Source of the DNA: an uncultured cyanobacterium
Lineage (GTDB): Bacteria > Cyanobacteriota > Cyanobacteriia > PCC-9006 > JAAUQQ01
DNA: 64,000 bases
Reading direction: 5' to 3'
NCBI GenBank assembly: GCA_963718615.1
Contig: OY970368.1
Coordinates: 3,232,001 to 3,296,000, forward strand
In this document: one piece after another, positions 61,209 through 64,000 of the stretch
Layout of the letters: every line of letters begins with the position of its first letter
How positions within the stretch are numbered: the first letter of the stretch is position 1
Notes under the pieces: model-generated
Seen by the model: only the letters and a program-made list of their open reading frames with translations
Database searches by the model: none
What the model was told of the DNA's origin: nothing
Translations under genes and position numbers: made by a program

Positions 61209-62438
61209 ATGAAAATTTTATTTCTAACCACTGTCTTGCCCAGCCGCAAGCTTCACGGTAGCGAAATTGCTTCCCAAAATATTATTGATGCCTTGGGCCA
61301 AGCCGGTTGTGACGTCGAAGTCTTGGGCTATGGTCGCCAGGAAGATGGTGAGCTCGAAATCGCGCCCGGAGAAGTGCTGGTGGCGGAACGTGCCGTAGAA
61401 ACCAAGCAGGTGAAATACAAAGCGGCATTGTGGTTTGCCCAGAGCTTGATGTGGCGATTGCCCTATTCTGCGGCCAAGTATTACACCACCGACTATGTGG
61501 AGCAGGTGCGATCGCGTCTCTCCCCCCAGGGTTTTGATGCCATCGTCATCGACCATTCCCAATTGGGCTGGCTGCTGCCGCTGATTCGCTCCACCGCGAA
61601 GCGCCTTGCCATCCAGCCTCCCCCGCTCATTTTTAGCGCCCATAACATCGAGCACGAGATCTACCGCCAACACCAGCACAGCGCGAGTAATCCCTTGAGC
61701 CGCTGGGTCTATGGCCGAGAAGCCCGGACTATTCAGCAGCTGGAGGACCAATTGGCCCAGGGCGTCAACCAGGTTTGGACGCTCACCGACCACGATGCCC
61801 AATATTTTTCCCAGGTGGCTCCTCGGACGCAGGCCTACGCCCTGAGCCTGCCGTCTGGGCTAGACCGATCAACGCTGAACTCAACCCCAGACCCCTTAGA
61901 TCCCTTGCCCAAACGGCCCGAGCCCCAGTTTGATATCGGCCTCATCGGCAGTTGGCCCTGGAAACCCAATGAAGAGGGCCTGCGCTGGTTTCTCGATGAA
62001 GTTTATCCCCATTTGCCCCAAAGCCTGTCGATTCAAGTGGCAGGACGCGGTGCCGATTGGCTGCATCATCGCTACCCCAACGTCACCTATCGCGGCTTTG
62101 TCCCCAGTGCCCAGGATTTCATGGCCTCGGCGAAAGTCGTTGCAATTCCCACCCTGAGCGGCGGTGGGATTCAAATTAAGACCCTGGATGCGATCGCTAC
62201 AGGTTCCCTAATAGTCGGCACCGGCATCGCCCTGCGCGGCATCCCCAACCCGCCGGATACGGTTCGCTTAGCCGACGATCCTGAGGATTTTGCCAAAGCG
62301 CTGCAAGAGGCTGTCCATCAGCCCAGTTTGCCCGCAGCCTGGAAGGCCAGTGCTCGCACTTGGGATCGCGATCGCCAACAGCAATTTCTACGGGACGTCC
62401 AAAACGCCCTATCGCAGCTATCTGCCCCAACTTGTTAA
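61209..62438 (+). CDS. GT4-like glycosyltransferase
   Basis: HNIEHE, WKPNEEGLRWF, GGGIQIKTLDA. Confidence 0.87.
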   Translation: MKILFLTTVLPSRKLHGSEIASQNIIDALGQAGCDVEVLGYGRQEDGELEIAPGEVLVAERAVETKQVKYKAALWFAQSLMWRLPYSAAKYYTTDYVEQVRSRLSPQGFDAIVIDHSQLGWLLPLIRSTAKRLAIQPPPLIFSAHNIEHEIYRQHQHSASNPLSRWVYGREARTIQQLEDQLAQGVNQVWTLTDHDAQYFSQVAPRTQAYALSLPSGLDRSTLNSTPDPLDPLPKRPEPQFDIGLIGSWPWKPNEEGLRWFLDEVYPHLPQSLSIQVAGRGADWLHHRYPNVTYRGFVPSAQDFMASAKVVAIPTLSGGGIQIKTLDAIATGSLIVGTGIALRGIPNPPDTVRLADDPEDFAKALQEAVHQPSLPAAWKASARTWDRDRQQQFLRDVQNALSQLSAPTC

Positions 62439-62551
62439 TAATTTCATAAAGAGACGGTAAAATCAGCCAGAATGGCCTTGATTCACAACCGTGATATCCC
62501 GTAGAAATAAGGCTGGCTTTGTTAAGGCTTAGAAGAAGAGGGAATTCTCTG

Positions 62552-63610
62552 ATGAAGGTTTTAGTAACAGGTTCCAGTGGATTGATCGGCTCTGAAGCGG
62601 TGACCTATTACGACCAAGAGGGTCATGAGGTTATTGGTGTCGATAACAACATGCGGGCCGAGTTCTTTGGCAGCAATGGCGATACCCTGTGGAATCTGCA
62701 ACGCCTTAAGGACAGCACGCAGCAATTTAAGTCCTATAGCATTGACATTCGCGATCGCGACGGCCTCTCTGAGCTCTTCCAAAATCACAAGTTTGACCTG
62801 ATCATTCACTGTGCCGCCCAGCCTTCCCACGACAAAGCCTGCCAGATTCCGCTCCAAGATTTTGAGGTCAATGCCCTCGGCACAATCAATTTGCTAGAGA
62901 CCACAAGGCAGTTTTGCCCAGAAGCTGTGTTCATCCACATGAGCACCAACAAGGTCTACGGCGACGGCCCCAACCATTTGCCTTTAGTGGAGCAAGACAC
63001 CCGCTACGAATACGCTCGCCCCGAAGACTTTAATGGCATTGCAGAAACCTTTTCCATTGACCAATGTCTCCATTCCCTCTTTGGTGCCTCAAAAACCGCA
63101 GCGGATGTGGTGGCGCAGGAATATGGTCGCTATTTCAATATGAATGTGGGGGTGTTTCGGGGGGGCTGTTTGACCGGGCCGTCCCACTCGGGTGTGGAGC
63201 TCCACGGGTTTCTCTCGTACCTGGTGAAGGTGGCCTTGAGCGGTGGCACCTACAAGGTGTTTGGCTACAAGGGCAAGCAGGTGCGGGATAATATCCACAG
63301 CTACGATGTCATCCAAGCCTTTGAAGCCTTTCGCCGCAATCCCCAGCCCGGTGGCGTCTATAACCTCGGTGGCGGACGGGACAACAGCGTTTCGATTTTG
63401 GAAGCCTTTGCCCTCATCGAAGAAATTAGCGGCAAAACAGTGAACTGGGTGTATGTCGATCAAAATCGGATCGGCGACCACATTTGCTACATTTCCGATT
63501 TGACGCGGTTAAAGACAGATTTCCCGGACTGGGGAATCACGCGCAGCCTGCGCACGATTTTTGAGGAAATGATCGAAGCTGAAGCCGCTCGCCTTAGCGT
63601 TGCCGTTTAA
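62552..63610 (+). CDS. NAD-dependent epimerase/dehydratase (CDP-paratose epimerase-like)
   Basis: [34 protein letters not shown]. Confidence 0.9.
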   Translation: MKVLVTGSSGLIGSEAVTYYDQEGHEVIGVDNNMRAEFFGSNGDTLWNLQRLKDSTQQFKSYSIDIRDRDGLSELFQNHKFDLIIHCAAQPSHDKACQIPLQDFEVNALGTINLLETTRQFCPEAVFIHMSTNKVYGDGPNHLPLVEQDTRYEYARPEDFNGIAETFSIDQCLHSLFGASKTAADVVAQEYGRYFNMNVGVFRGGCLTGPSHSGVELHGFLSYLVKVALSGGTYKVFGYKGKQVRDNIHSYDVIQAFEAFRRNPQPGGVYNLGGGRDNSVSILEAFALIEEISGKTVNWVYVDQNRIGDHICYISDLTRLKTDFPDWGITRSLRTIFEEMIEAEAARLSVAV

Positions 63611-63633
63611 TCCGATTTCTTTTTTCAGTGCCC

Positions 63634-64000
63634 ATGACTTCATCCCCTGCTCGACGGATTCTGCTGTTTGAACTGGATACCCGAGGCCATCATCCCGGCT
63701 ATCTCCAGCATTTGGTGAAGTATTGGAACGAAAAAAATCTGACTGGGCAACTCGATATTTTGGTGAGCCAAGCCTTTTTGCAACAGCATGCCAATATTGT
63801 GGTGCTGGCCGAGCAGGCTCCCCAGGGCAATGTTCGATTTGTCGGCCTGCGGGATGAGGAAGAAGCCCTGCTGTTTGATAGCGCCGCGCTAGAGGGCTCG
63901 TTCAAGGGCCGGATTGTGCGGGCGTTTCAGGAATGGAAGTTGCTGCGTCGATACGCCAAGGCGTTACAAGCCGATGTGGCCTTTTTGATGTACCTGGACA
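63634..64000 (+). CDS. Probable glycosyltransferase, cut by the window end
   Basis: MTSSPARRILLFELDTRGHHPGYLQHL...; frame open to the edge; EPS context. Confidence 0.65.
   Translation, partial: MTSSPARRILLFELDTRGHHPGYLQHLVKYWNEKNLTGQLDILVSQAFLQQHANIVVLAEQAPQGNVRFVGLRDEEEALLFDSAALEGSFKGRIVRAFQEWKLLRRYAKALQADVAFLMYLD

Noticed and set aside
6712-62760. Very frequent GCGATCGC palindrome as a novel repeat
   Set aside because: This is the known cyanobacterial HIP1; used only as a marker of native versus foreign DNA.
1-64000. Complete DGR, retron, tRNA or rRNA
   Set aside because: No reverse transcriptase, avd, AAC-rich template copy or structural RNA gene was recognised by eye.

Overview
Cyanobacterial chromosome segment, judged from the dense HIP1 octamer GCGATCGC and cyanobacteria-typical genes (PSII S4-domain protein, biliverdin reductase, Uma2, DUF1400, DUF2811, DUF92). 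Positions 1-6600 are an accessory island that lacks HIP1. It holds toxin-antitoxin debris, a complete IS21 with a 6-bp target duplication, AT-rich genes bounded by integron-like attC/core sites (a stand-alone Zn deaminase and a divergent DnaQ-like protein with a membrane tail), and a MITE. The core region contains queA, serA, prmA, rfbB, ferritin, bvdR, a GH15 hydrolase, MoxR/PlsC/DUF58, a site-2 protease, a PlsY-dikinase fusion, ABC and AI-2E transporters, ylqF, sbcD, a rhomboid, PiT, ChaN and an EPS cluster running off the right edge. Main leads: (1) a Pepco + caspase-FGE pair whose 3' end looks like a DGR variable repeat with no RT or template in the window; (2) two unrelated secreted proteins that both end in [IV]QGMW, next to an L,D-transpeptidase and a beta-barrel; (3) an integrase-less cassette array; (4) an 11-bp-phased DnaA-box array away from dnaA/dnaN; (5) a consensus NtcA promoter before ferritin. 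No rRNA, tRNA or CRISPR array was recognised. All family assignments come from motif recognition by eye, not database searches.
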